Shown piece after piece: positions 39,801-53,077 of a stretch of DNA of 64,000 nucleotides. The stretch lies in contig JAAOMT010000776.1 of the NCBI GenBank assembly GCA_016748015.1, forward strand, positions 186,001 through 250,000. The letters run 5' to 3'. Under the pieces are notes generated by a model, which saw only the letters and a program-made list of their open reading frames with translations, did not search any database and had not been told where the DNA came from. A program made the translations under genes and the position numbers. Positions within the stretch are counted from its first letter, which is position 1. Each line of letters begins with the position of its first letter. This DNA is from Geosiphon pyriformis uo1 (lineage: Eukaryota > Fungi > Glomeromycota).

Positions 39801-42800
39801 AAAATTAGTAGTAGTTTACTTGGATAACACCAATGTGTTTTCTAAAACATTTGATGATTATCTTTACTATTTTCAACAAGTATTTAAAAGATTAAGAAGA
39901 ACTAAATTAAAGTTAAATATTACCAAGTGTTTCTTTAAAAAAACTGAACTTAAGTTTTTGAAATATCTTGTAAACAAAGATGGCATAAAAACAAATTCAA
40001 ACAAAATTAAAATAGTCAAAAACTTTCTAATACCAACAAATCTTACAGAATTAAAAACATTCTTGGAATTTGCTGAATACTATTACCACTTCATCCAAAA
40101 CTTTTTTAAATTGGCTTAATCATTTTACTAGCTTCAAGCAAAGAATATTAAATATAAATAAACTAAAACCCAATAAAAAGCTTTTAATATCTTGAGAAAA
40201 AAGCTTATTTAAGCTTTAGTATTAATCTATTTAGATTATAGTAAGTCATTCATTATTATCACTAATGTATTCAATTAAGTATTGGAAGCTGTGTTATCAC
40301 AAAAAAAAGCAGATGGATAAGAACATTCAGTAACATATGTCAGCCAAAATTTAAGTTCAGCTAAGAAGAACTATGAAATTTTAATATTAAAATACTTAGT
40401 TATCTATTGGGCTGTTATTAAATAGAAAAAATACTTAAGCCAGAAGTTTGATGTATATACTAATTACAAAGAATTACATCAATTTAAAAGCAAAAATTTA
40501 AAGATGATTATCATGCAAGATGAAAAATAAAACTATTACTATTTAATTATACTGTATATTATAAAAAAGAGAAAAAAAATAAAAATGCTAACAGTTTGTT
40601 ATGAATAAAACAAATCTAAAAACATTTTAACCCAAAAATATAACAAAAGATAAATACACAAAAATATTAACAACTCCAACATTATATTAATATTCAACAG
40701 TTTAAAGAAAATTTATCTCAAAAAGAACAATTAAAATACTTTATTACTTTCTAAAATATACTATATTGGAAAAACAGAAAATATCCAAATTAGCCATTTA
40801 AAGTAATTACAAATCAGAAAAAGAAACAATACTGTTTAATATACACTCAAATCTGACAGCAGAACATTTTTATAAAGAAGCAACAATAAAAAAAACCAAA
40901 AAAAAATACTATTGGTCATTCATATATCCAAACATAATCCAATATGTTCAAAATTATAATGCTTGTCAAAGAAGAGAAAAAACAAGATCCAGTAAACTGC
41001 TAAGACTAATCAAAGTAAATCAATTATTTAATTAAATTGAAATTGACTTAGTTGGACTATTAACTATTATTAGTAGAGACAATTAATATATAACAGTAGT
41101 TATAGACTATTTTACAAAATAGTCAAAAGTAAAAACAATTCAAAAAGCAGATGCAAAATCTATAGCCAAATTTATTTACCAAGATTTGATTTGTCAACAT
41201 AAATGTTCAAAAAATTGTTATCAAATCAAATAACTCACTTTGTAAACAAAACATTAACAAAATAAAGTCAAAAATTTGGAATTAAAAAACTATTATTGTT
41301 ACTATATTATTTATAAACAAATGGCTTAGTCGAAAAGTTCAACAGAATATTGTGTAAAGTAATAGCCAAAATCAGCCAAAAAAACCAGAACAAATAAAAT
41401 TTGTTTATACTATTAGTATTATTTGCTTATTGGACAATAAAGCAAGATATCACTCAAGTAACATTATTTGAAATTATTTATAGTAAAACAACAATATTAC
41501 CAGTTGAGATAAATATTAACACATATTTAATAGAACCAATAACAGAAGCCAACTTTCAAAAAACATTGCTAAGAAGAACATATAACTTAATAAAAACATT
41601 AGAAAAAAAAAGATAAAAAACAGCTAATAACATTCAAAAATCACAAGCAAAACAAAAAAAATAATATAATAACTAATTATCAGATAAACCAGTCAAATTC
41701 AAGATTGAAGACAAAGCACTCTTATATCATACCAAAGCAGAAAAACAATAAAATAGAAAATTTGACTCCAAATAAGACAAACCATTTTATATTGAAGAAA
41801 TTTTTAAAAATAAAACTTATAAATTAAGATAGAACAATAAAATTTTAGCTAAAATAGCACATAGAAATCAACTAAAACCATATCACAATATAATATTATT
41901 ATCCACCAGTAATATTTTACAACTAAGAGTACAACAAATATTAGTCCAACCAGATGAGATTTTACAAAATTTAAAACCAATTATAATTATTAACACAAAC
42001 ATGTTAAATTAATCTACAAAAACAGTATATAAAAAACCAATGCATGTAACAAAAGCAAATAGAAAGATAAAAATTACTAACAACATTTATTCATTAACTC
42101 AACAATTATTCTAATTGATTAAACATAAAAAATTAAACATGGAAATTACAATCAATTTATAAACCATTCAATATACAAAATAAAAATAAAAATCTCAATA
42201 TAAAATACAATATAGAATATACAAAAAATATAAAAATATAGTAGAGAATATAATAGCAAAAGTTAAAATATTTATAGAAATACCAAAAACAATAGTACTA
42301 TATAAAAAGTTAACAAAAAAAATTGGGAAATAGTGGACATAACAATTTTCAAGAAATTTTTGTTATTATTATTTAGAACAAAAGCTCAATATCCAGAATT
42401 TATATATAGATAAAACAAAACAGATGTTTAATCCAACAATATTACAACAACTTAAACAATTTATAAGAAAAAATAATCTATTCACCCAAGCACAAGCAAT
42501 ATATTAGTTACAAACAGGATTTTAAGACTATTTAGAAATACTGCTACACCCAACAATAAACACAATAACCATCAACCAATTGGAAAAAATTATCAATACC
42601 TAATTTGAAAAATTACAAACCAATATTGTCTAAATAATTATCAAAAAAAAAGTTATAAAACTAATCTAAGAGAGAAATTTAAGAGATTTGGGAGATTTCA
42701 ATAGAGCTTAATATTAAAAAGAAAAAATAATGTTATTTATAGAAATTAGAAATTATAATATTAAGTAAAATAGCCAATTAGAAATAGATATAGTAAAATA

Positions 42801-43514
42801 GAAAATTCCAGAATTCCAGAATTCTCTTGGAGAATTGCAGGATTCTCCAGAAATCTTGTATAACATAAATTATGTATATATAGTAAAAGTATTAAAAACA
42901 AAAAAATATCCGAAATTTGATAGAGTTAAGAACTCCAATATTTTTTTTTAAAAGATAGTTTTCTATAACTTAAAGTAGAAACACATTTACATTAATAATA
43001 ATTTTTAATTATTATCCAATTTATGTTATTATTACTTGATTAAAAATATTAATCACTTTTCTATTATCAGCAATTCATGTTAATAAACTCTAATATTTAA
43101 TCATATTGAAACAATAGCTCTTAATTATGACTGTTAATAAAATACTAATTTTTTATTTTATTTTTTATTTTTTTATTTCTTTTGTTTTATTTTTTTGTTA
43201 TTTACTAATTGATTAAAAAGATTAAGTACTAAGCATTTGAAATCAAAAATAGTCTGGTAAAAATCCTGAAAACAAGAGTAGAAATTTAAAAATAGCTTAT
43301 TAAAAGAGCATAACTGCCAAAATAAACTGGTCACTATGCTGAAAAAAAAAATTCACAGAAAAAACCACTAATTGAATCTTTGTTTATTATACAAAAAACT
43401 CAACCAAAACCTTTAAACTCCAAAATTTTTAGAAATTACCAATATTTTCAGCTATTGAACACAAAATTACAGGTTTGTTATTTGTTTTAACATTTTAAAT
43501 AATTACCTGTAACA
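33808..43514 (+). mobile_element. Full-length Ty3/Gypsy LTR element B with dUTPase, heavily G>A/C>T decayed
   Basis: LTRs 33808-34580 and 42731-43514; PBS-like tggtgttttttgtgaag at 34583-34599. gag, PR (LILNSGS ~36950), Cys block, dUTPase remnant ~38380-38800, RT ~39250-40000 (YLDNT), RH to 40619, IN ~40650-42010, ORF3 ~42068-42718. Confidence 0.9.
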
Positions 43515-43546
43515 ATACTTTTTCTAAACTTACTATTTAGTAATAG

Positions 43547-44273
43547 TGTTATAATTGAAGCTCATACATTTTATTAATTATTACATGTATTAGCCACTAA
43601 TGTTATATAATTAACTACCCTATTTTTAGATAATAATTATTGACTTGATCATTGACCTGACTGTTGACTTAATTATTAACCTAATTAATGACCTAATTGT
43701 TGATTTGATTATTGATCTAGTTATTGATTTGGTTATTGATCACTTTCAATAGCTATATAAACAATAAATTTCTTAGCTATAAAAAAATATGTAAAAATAA
43801 AAGAAAGCAAAGAAATAAAAATAACAACTTTATCTTAATTCTTCTTTTCTTACTAATTTCTCTTTCCTTATCTTTAAGTATCTAAATATCTTAAGATAAA
43901 AAATTACTTGTTGGCATTTATCTATCTTTTTCCTAACTTGTATAATTGTAGCATTTAAAAATTATTGAATAAAATATGACTGAAAAATATATCTGATACT
44001 TAATATTAAATTTTAAAAGTACTAACATAAGACATAAAATTATACTAGTGTATTATTATTTGTTGACAGTATAGACTATTTTTTTACATTTAGATTTTCT
44101 AGTTATCTTTTAAAAAGAATAGTAATTGAAATATTTTATGAGACTGATTTTGTATATTGAATTCATATTTATTTAATTTGCTTTTTAAAGTTGAATTTTC
44201 TTTGATTAATTTCATCACTTTATAATCTTGTTCTTCTTTGCTATCCATTAACTTGTTATTTTAACCCATAACA
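43547..44273 (+). repeat. Solo LTR of family A
   Basis: TGTTATA...CATAACA, flanked by ATAG on both sides (43543-46 and 44274-77); homologous to 46245-46960 and 28696-29396. Confidence 0.8.
43618..43742 (+). repeat. ~10 x 12-bp tandem (ATTGACCTGATY) in the family A LTR
   Basis: Degenerate 12-nt periodicity, also seen at ~1920-2000 plus 8890-8930, 29228-29312 (-) and 46310-46430. Confidence 0.8.
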
Positions 44274-46960
44274 ATAGTACAATTCTTTTAAACCAAACCA
44301 ATTTAATTATTAGTAACTTTTTCTTAAAACAAACATGATAATGGACTTGAACAACTACTTTGTCTTAATAAAATTTTTATTTGATTTACCAAAACCAATT
44401 TTACAAAAAAAACAAAAAAAATTCTGATTATCTTCAAAAAGTTATTAGATTTAAAGAAAAAAAAATTGTAATTTATAACATATATACTAATCCATTAGCT
44501 AAACACTTTAGAAAAACTAAAACAATTTAAAAAACACTTGTTTGTTATTATTGGCTTATCTTGGAAAAAAATATTGCTGAATATATCAAAATCTGTAATA
44601 TCTGCCAAAAAAAAAACCCCCCAATCACAAAGAAAACATTCATTCAATTTCTGTTGGTTAATTATTTGACAGAATTAGTATAAATGTTATTAAACTTTTA
44701 ACCATAACTCTTAATGGCAATAGATATATTATTATAGTTATTGACTATTTTCCAAAATGAGTAGAAGCAATAGCCATCTTAAATCAAACAGCAGTCTTTA
44801 TTACCAATTTTATTTATAAAAATATTATTTGTTGTTATGGCTGTCTTAAAAAATATTTATTTAATAGAGGAAAAACTTTTTTCAATACACAAGTTGAAGA
44901 ACTTTATAGAAAAATAAGAATATATTACAAACTTTTTTTTTCTTATCACTCTTAAACAAATAACTTAATAGAACATTTTAATAAAACACTATGTGAAACT
45001 CTAGCCAAAACCAGTAAAGAAACAAACTTATAAAACAAAGTACTACTTTTAGTCTTGTTTGTTTATAAAACTGTAAATTATTTCATAACAAGTTATGAAT
45101 TTTTTTATTTGTTCTATAGACAAATAACAATATTACTAATAGAAACTGATATTGAAATAATATTTTTTAAAGAAATTACAATAGGAAATTATAAAGACAT
45201 TTTGCAAAAAAAACTTGGTACTATTTTTGACTTATTAATAAAAGCACAGATGATTGTTTTTAAAAAGATAAAACAGTTTCAAAAGAAGCTTAAGAAGAAA
45301 AAAACTTATAAAATACTTTTCTTAAATGTTAATAACTTAGTTTTAAAATATCATTTAAACAGAGACAATGTCTATAGTAATAAATTCTCTAGCCAGTAAA
45401 AAAAATCTTTTATAATCAAAGTTTTAAACAATAATTCTTATATTTTACAAGATCAATATAGAACAATTTTTAATGATTGTCTTATTTATAGTATACAATT
45501 CAAAAAATATTACAAATGGCCTAATTGGTTATCTGTTTGATAATACCAATTCAATTGATCAGCAAAAATCAGATATAAATAAATGCACTATTTCCAAAAC
45601 AGAGATATTTTTAATTAACATAAATAATTATTTCTTGAATTAAAATATTCAAAATGCTTTTTATATTTTTTATAAGTATTGGATCAAAAATTATCCAAAT
45701 ACTATTTTAATTATTGAAAAACAGACCACTATAATTAATAACAATAAAACAAATATTGTTATTAAACCAAAAAAAACCACTACCAGAAGAAAAAAAATTA
45801 GTAATAAAATAAATAAATATATGCTTAAAAGCATAACAGCAAGCATACTATTATCTTTTAATAAACTTGGAAAAAAAATTAAAGAAATTTTGTTTATAAA
45901 TAAAAACCTGTTATATAAAAAACAATTAAAACTCTATGATTAACTTGATGAAATTATAAAAAACTTAAAGCTTATAAAAAAACAACTTCAAAGATACAAG
46001 TAAAAATTTTGAGCATTATATAGTTAGATGTTCCAAGAGTTTTGACTATTGCTAAAAGAGCCAAAACTCTTATATAAAAATTTGGTTTCTTGAATACAAA
46101 ACTTATTTTATCTCAAATATTATATATCTTATCTACAAAAGACTTCAACAACTTAGTTAGTTTTAAGTTAGATAAAATACATTAAATAAAATATCTCATA
46201 AATAGCTTGATTTCACTGAAGCTTAATCTCTTTGGAAAGAATAATATTATAGTTGAAATCCATAGTTTTTATTAGTTATTACATATATTAGCCACTTTAT
46301 TTTTAGATAATAATTAATAATCTGATTATTAATCTAATTATTAATCTAATCACTGACTTGATTAATAACTTAATCATTAATCTAATTATTGATCTAATTA
46401 ATAACCTGATTATTGACTTGATTATTAACCATTTTTAATAGCTATATAAGTGATAAGTTTTTCGGCTGTAAAAAAACATATAGTAATTAATCAAAAATAA
46501 ATAAAATAACAACTATTATTTCAATTCTTCTCTTATCTTTTATTATTTTTTCCTTATTTTTAAGTATTTGAACATCTTGAAATAAAGGATTATTTGTTAG
46601 TATTTACTTACTTTTTTCCTAAATTATATAATTGTAATATTTAAAGATTATTGAATAAAATGTAACTAAAAAACATATTTAATACCTAATATCAAATTCT
46701 AAGAGTGTTAATATAAGACATAGAATTATACCAGTGTGTTATTATTTGTTAATAATATAAATTATTTTTTTACCTTCAGATTCTCTAATTATCTTTTGAA
46801 AAAATTAGTGACTGAGATATTTTATAAAACTGATCTTGTACATTGAATTTATACTTATTTAATTCATTTCTTAAAGTTGAATTCCTTTTTAATCTATTCT
46901 ATTATTATACAATTCTGTTTTTCTTTGTTATCTATTAACTTGTTATTCTAATTTATAACA

Positions 46961-49900
46961 ATATTTTTATTATTTTCTTATTTTAAGATCTAAAAATTAG
47001 TTTAATAAGTTTTCTTAATTTCTTAGCAAATATTAAATAATTTTCTCTGGTAAGTGTCTTTATTATTGGGTTTAGTGTATAATATAATGTTTTTATTAAA
47101 ATTACTATTGATGACTATTACTATGCTAGTTCTTCAAAAAAAATTTCTGTTATATTTCTATATTTTTAAATGTGTTTTTCCTTAAAGCTCTTACAGAAAT
47201 ACTTTTTTTATCTCACACTAATATCAGATGTTTGTATTTTTTCACTTGTAGTAAAGCAGTACTTTATTCTTAATAAATTCAAAGAAAATTAAAATAAAAA
47301 ATAAAATTCAACAAAATTAGTATTCATAAAATAATTTTTATCAGAAATTATTTTTTCAAAGATATGAAAAGCTTGTTCTGGATTTTTAAGTTGATTGTTA
47401 ATTTTGGCCAAAATATTACAAATATTTTCTAGGTAATTTCATGTATTTAATATTCTTTTAATGTGTTTTCAATTTAAGTTTGGGTTTTATGCATACTTTT
47501 ATTAATATGTTAAATGTTTTTTTCATTGTTTTTTTTTAATAAAAAGACAATAGTAGAAAAAAAGTAATGGTTTTTTTAGTTATTCATGAAAAATCAGATT
47601 ATAAAAAAAGAAAATCTTCAATTTTATTGATCTTAGTATTAATAAATAATATAAAGCTTGACAAATATATTGTCTAACTTTTCTTGGAATTATAATCTAA
47701 TTCTTTTACTTTTTCTTCATTTTTATTTTGTTTAATTAACTTTTTATTTTTTTTTATATTTTTTTCTTGTTTGTTTTTTTTCTAATTAAAAAACTATTAT
47801 ATATATACATATTTTGAGTTATATATAATTATGTTTATTTTAACTAATTAGTAAGTAATTGTTAAGCTATTGGGTTTTTTGTTTAACTGTGAATGTTTTT
47901 TGGCTTACTTGTTTATAATCACATTAAATTAGGCATGTTTGTATATGTTTTGTATGCTATTGTGTGCATATCACATTTTCTAATTTTATTTGTTAATTTG
48001 TGTTATTTATACTATTATTTAATAATTAGTTAATATATTATGATATTATTACTTTTAATTTTTGTTAATTTCTGTTAGATAATATTATTATTATCTTAAG
48101 ATTAAGCTCTGTTAAAATTGATGTGCATTTTTTTAATGTTGACATCTAATATAAAAGTTTGTATATTTGTTTGAACTATTTATTTTTACAAGTTTTGGAA
48201 TTTGTTGTTAGTAAGTTTTCTAATTCTATTAAGAGTAAATATATTCATTTTGTTTGTTAACAATACTTTTGGACAATTTTAAAACAGCACATAGAATTAG
48301 TATGCTGTTCTAAAATAATGCTTAAAGTTGTTTTTTTCAGTTAATTTTTCAAACTTCTGGAGTTTTGTTTTGTTAATTTTCTTGCTACTTTTTTTAGTGT
48401 AAATTGTTTAAAAATCTAATTATATGGCTATTATAAAGTATATATAGCAAGAAAAAGCAATTAAGTTTGTTTCTTCTTTGAACATTGTACTTCTTAGAAG
48501 CTAAAACTTTTTCATGATTTTATTAATCAATGTGTTGGCTTTTTTTTGTTTTTTGTAATAAAAATTAAAACAATTTGTGTTTGGCTTGTTTTTTTATGTA
48601 ACTGAATTTTTTTTTCTATATAATATTTTAGAATTATTAAGAGTAATTTCTAATGGAAAATTATTTTTTTGTAGTAACTGAAATAAAAGTTGAAAAGTAT
48701 TTATAATATTTTCAAATATATTTATAATAAAAAAATAAATATTAAATAAATATTAAAATAAATTATTTTTATATATTAAAATTTTAAAGAAATTTTTTTA
48801 ATAGTTTAATGTTTCTGATTTTTCTAACTATTTTTGAAATTGTTTTAATTTTTTTTTAAATATTAATGATAATAATCCAAATGTAGTTGATCAAATTAAT
48901 TGTTTCTTAGATAATGTTTGATAATTACTATTAGCTTCAAGTCTCATAAGATTTGATTAAGAGACATAATTAATATATGTGTTCCTAATTCAGGTGTTAA
49001 CAAATCAGATAATTGTTGTTAATGATAGATTTTTAATTGGTTATCATGTGCAATTTTTTTCAAAATTTTATCACCTAAATGTAATTTAAATGTTTTATTA
49101 TTTAAGACATTGTAGATATAAAAAAATCTGTCTTATTTATTGTCAAATTTTTTACTTTATTGTTTTTCTGTTTTTGTTTGATGTAATAAAACTTTGTCTT
49201 CTATTTTGTAGACAATAGATTATTTTAAGAGTTTGTTATTATGTTGGACTTTTTATTGTTCTTGAAAATACTTAATATTATTGATTATATATTAGTAATT
49301 GCCTTCTAGTTTTTCTAGCAGTTTGTAAGTCCATTTTTTAATAATTTTTTATAAGTTGTTCTTATTTATTAATTCTATTGAATAAATATTTATTATTGGT
49401 TTTATAAGTAATATAGCATTTTTTCTACATGCTAATTCGAATGGTATAAATTTTGTAGTATTATATTTTAGTATTTGATAAACCAATAAAACTGAAGAGA
49501 TAAATAAATCTTATTATTATTCCATTTTATTGCTTATTTTTGCCAATGATTTACATAATGTTCTATTAAAACATTTTACTTATTTATTTGTTTATGAATA
49601 GTAAAGTAACAAAAAAAATTATTTTATTTTAAAGCATTGACTAATTTTAGCAAGCAAATTGTTTACAAAATGGATTTCTTGATCTAAAAGTAGCTTTTTT
49701 GGATAATTATGTTTACAAATCAAATTTTTATACACAAAGTTAATAATTGATTTAATATTTTTAGTTTTAATGATTTTTGTTTTTAGCCATTTTGTTAAAT
49801 AGTCTACAATAATTATAATGTATTAGGTTTTTTTGGTAGTAATAGTTAGTGATCTTACTAGATTAATTCCTATTCTGTCAAATAGTTTTTCTATTTTAAT

Positions 49901-50411
49901 AGGTCATAATAATTTGGTCGCTTTTGATTCTTTTCTTTTTTAATATATATTGCAATTATAAATATATTGAATAATATCAATATATATCTTTAACTAGTAG
50001 TATTGACTAGTTGTCTACTGAATTGTGACTTCTTTTGCAAAGTGGTTTGTATTTGAATTTGAGTGTATATTGTAAAAAATAATTTTTTTTTCAGTTTTAG
50101 TAATCACTTGGAGTAGATTATATTAGTAGTATTAGTACAATATATTGTTTTTAATCAAGTAATGTTTAGTTTGTTTCTGAATTTTTGTTTGTTTTTTCAA
50201 TAATAATTTTGTTGGTAATTAGAGAATTGTAAGGTAATATATTAGGTATTGGTGTGTTTTGGTGTTTATTTTAATTGAATAATAAGTGATTTTTGGTGGT
50301 TATGTATGTTTCATTTGGGATAAACAATCTGCATTTGTGTTTTTGGTTCTTTTTTTATAAATAATATTATATATATAAAATTGTAAGGTAGTAATTTATC
50401 TGATATAATGT
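46961..50411 (-). mobile_element. LTR element H, 3' part (RH end, integrase, ORF3, 3' LTR), very decayed
   Basis: TNADCLSQMKHT* at ~50340-50300; integrase ~50269-49000 (IGINLV..L, DQEIHF); ORF3 ~48740-48095; box and PPT at ~48090-48116. The LTR begins at 48084; its far end is not resolved. Confidence 0.7.
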
Positions 50412-53077
50412 TGTTACAAGTAATTATTTGAAGTGTTGGTACAAATAACAAATCCATAACTTGGTGCTCAATAGCTAGTACAGTTAGTAATTTTTAAAGA
50501 TTTTCATATCTGAAAATTTTGATTGGAGTCTTTTGTATAATGAACAGAGATTTAATAATTGTTTCAGTAGCCTCTCAGAATAAGTATTCTATCAAATTTT
50601 TTTTTTAACATAGTAACCAGTTTATTTTGACAGTTGTGCCTTTTTAATAAGCTATCCTTAAATTTCTAAACTCTATATCCTTATTTCTGGATCTTTTATC
50701 AGGTTATCTTTAATATTAATTAATCAATACTTAATCTCTTAAATCAGTTAGTAAATAATAAACAACAAAGAAAATAAAAAAAAATAATAGAAATAAAAAA
50801 AATAAGAAAAGAAAATAAGAAATTAATATTCTATTAATAGCTATAATCAAGAATTATTGTTTCAGTATAATTAAGTATTAAATGTTATCAACATAGAGTA
50901 TTGATAACAGATAAGTAATAGATATTTTTAATAAAATAATGATAACATAAATTGGATAATAATAAGTTGAATAATTGAATAAATTTATTTCAGTTAATAA
51001 TAACTATTTGTAAAGTAAAAGTTAATTAATAAATAAGAAAGAGAATACTAAATCGAAACTAAACCAAATACTTTTTTTGCTTTTAATACTATTGCTATAT
51101 ATATATATAGTTAGTATTATATAAAATTCCTGGAATTCTGTGATTTCTTTAGAAGAATTCTGGAATTTTGGAATTCTGAAATCCTGTAATTTTTTTAAAA
51201 GAATTCTAGAATTTCTCTGTTACTATGTCTACTTTTAATTAACTATTTCTCTAATTATAATATTTCTAATTTCTATAAGTAACATTATTCTCTTTTTTTT
51301 AATATTAAGCTCCATTGAAATTTTCTAAACTTTCTAAATTTCTTTTTTGAATTAGTTTTATAACTTTCTTCTTTAGAATTGCTTTTGTAATTCTTATCTG
51401 CAATTCTTCAAATTGAGCATTAATTAATTTTTCCGATTGATTAATAGTTATAATATCTATTATTGAGTGTAGTAATATTTCTGGTTGTCTCAAAATCCTA
51501 TCCATAGTTAGTAAATGGCTCTTGCATATATGAATAAATTGTTTTTTCTGACTAGTTGTTCAATTTGTTATAGTCAAATTAGATCAAATTTTTTTTGTTT
51601 TGTCAGTATATAAGTTTTTAATGCTTAACTGTTATCTTAACTGATAGTAACAAAAGTTTTTTGGCTTCTGTTGTATTTATTGGTTCTAATTTTCAAAGAT
51701 CAATTTTTTTTTGGCTTTTGTTGTATTTATTGGTTCTAATTTTCAAAGATCAATTCTTTTTCTGGTATAAATATTCTTAGATCTTTCAATGTTTTTTCTA
51801 TTTTTCTCATTATTTTATCTACAATATTCTTAGAAGTATGATATCTAGAATATCATTCCTTGGTTTGGTTTTTTTACAGTATTTCTTTGTTTTTATACTG
51901 TATTATGTGTTTATTAATGGTAATTTTCAGGCTTGATTTCTGTTGTTAAATCAGTTGTAATAGTTGTTATACAAGCAAATAGATGTTGTTGGTAATTTTT
52001 ATCTTTTTTTATTGTTTTTGTTGTGTGTGTTGATTTCTTATATATTGTTCTAATAGCTTAATTTGACATGTTTGTTTCAACAATAATGATTGGTTTTAGA
52101 TCTTGTAAAATCTTATCTGGTTTAATTAGTATTCTTTGTACTTCCAGTTGTGAAATATTATTGGTAAATGATAATGCTATCTTGTGATATGGTTTCAATC
52201 AATTATTATGTGCTGCTTTAACTAAAATTTTGTTGTTCTATCTTAGTTTATAAGCTCTATTTTCTAGAATTTTTTCAATATAAAATGGTCTATTCTATTT
52301 GGGGTCAAATTTTCTACTCCATTGTTTTTCTGCTTTAGTATAATATAAGAGTACTTTGTCTCTAATCTTAAATTCAACTGATTTATCTGGTAATTGGTTA
52401 TCATATTGTTCTTTTTGTTTTTTTTGTAACTTTTAAATATTATCAGCTGCTCTTTATTTTTTGTTTTCCAAAGTTTCTATTAATTTGTATGTTCTTTTTA
52501 GGAATATTCTTTGAAAGTTGGTTTTTGTTATTGGTTCTATTAGATATGTGTTAATGTTTATCTTAATTGGTAATATTGCTGTTCTATTATAAACAAATTC
52601 AAATAGTGTTGCTTGTGTGGTATCTTGCTTTATTATCCAATAAGCAAATAGTACTGATGAAATAAATAAATTCTATTTGTCTTGGTTTTTTTGGCTAATT
52701 TTGGCTATTGCTTTACACAATATTCTGTTGAATTTTTCGACTAAGCTATTTGTTTGTAGATGATATAATAATAATAATAATAGTCTTTTAATTTCAAATC
52801 TTTGACTTAATTTTGTTAATGTTTTGTTTACAAAGTGAGTTTCTTGATTAAATAATAATTCTTTTGGGCATCTGTGTTAACAAATCAAATCTTGGTGGAC
52901 AAATTTGGCTATGGATTCTGCATTTGCTCTTTAAATTGCTTTCACTTCTGGCCATTTTGTAAAATAGTTCATAGCTACTGCTATATAACAATTGTCTCTG
53001 CTGGTTATTGTTAATGATCTAATTAAGTCAATTCCAATTTAATTAAATGGTTGTCTTACTTTAATTAGCCTTAGTGG
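50412..53077 (-). mobile_element. LTR element D (B-like family), 3' part, inserted in H and interrupted by E
   Basis: 3' LTR 50412-51284 is homologous to 42731-43514; integrase and ORF3 are colinear with 41000-42730. Confidence 0.88.
51657..51758. repeat. 51-bp tandem duplication inside ORF3 of element D
   Basis: tttttggctt(c/t)tgttgtatttattggttctaattttcaaagatcaat occurs twice in succession. Confidence 0.85.

Larger units (their letters stand above)
43515..46960 (+). mobile_element. LTR element A2, 3' part: RNase H end, integrase, ORF3, 3' LTR 46245-46960
   Basis: 43515-43540 reads as decayed (D)ALSRLTI*. Integrase starts at ATG 44341 (MDLNNYF). Colinear with 1-1829. Confidence 0.8.

Noticed and set aside
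43618-43742. CRISPR-like array
   Set aside because: These are contiguous degenerate 12-mers without unique spacers, in a eukaryotic LTR, with no cas genes.
43547-46960. Integrase-only LTR element family
   Set aside because: The first LTR has its own ATAG/ATAG duplication, the 5' flank reads as the RNase H end, and the outer flanks (ATAG/ATAT) do not match. It is retained only as a testable alternative.
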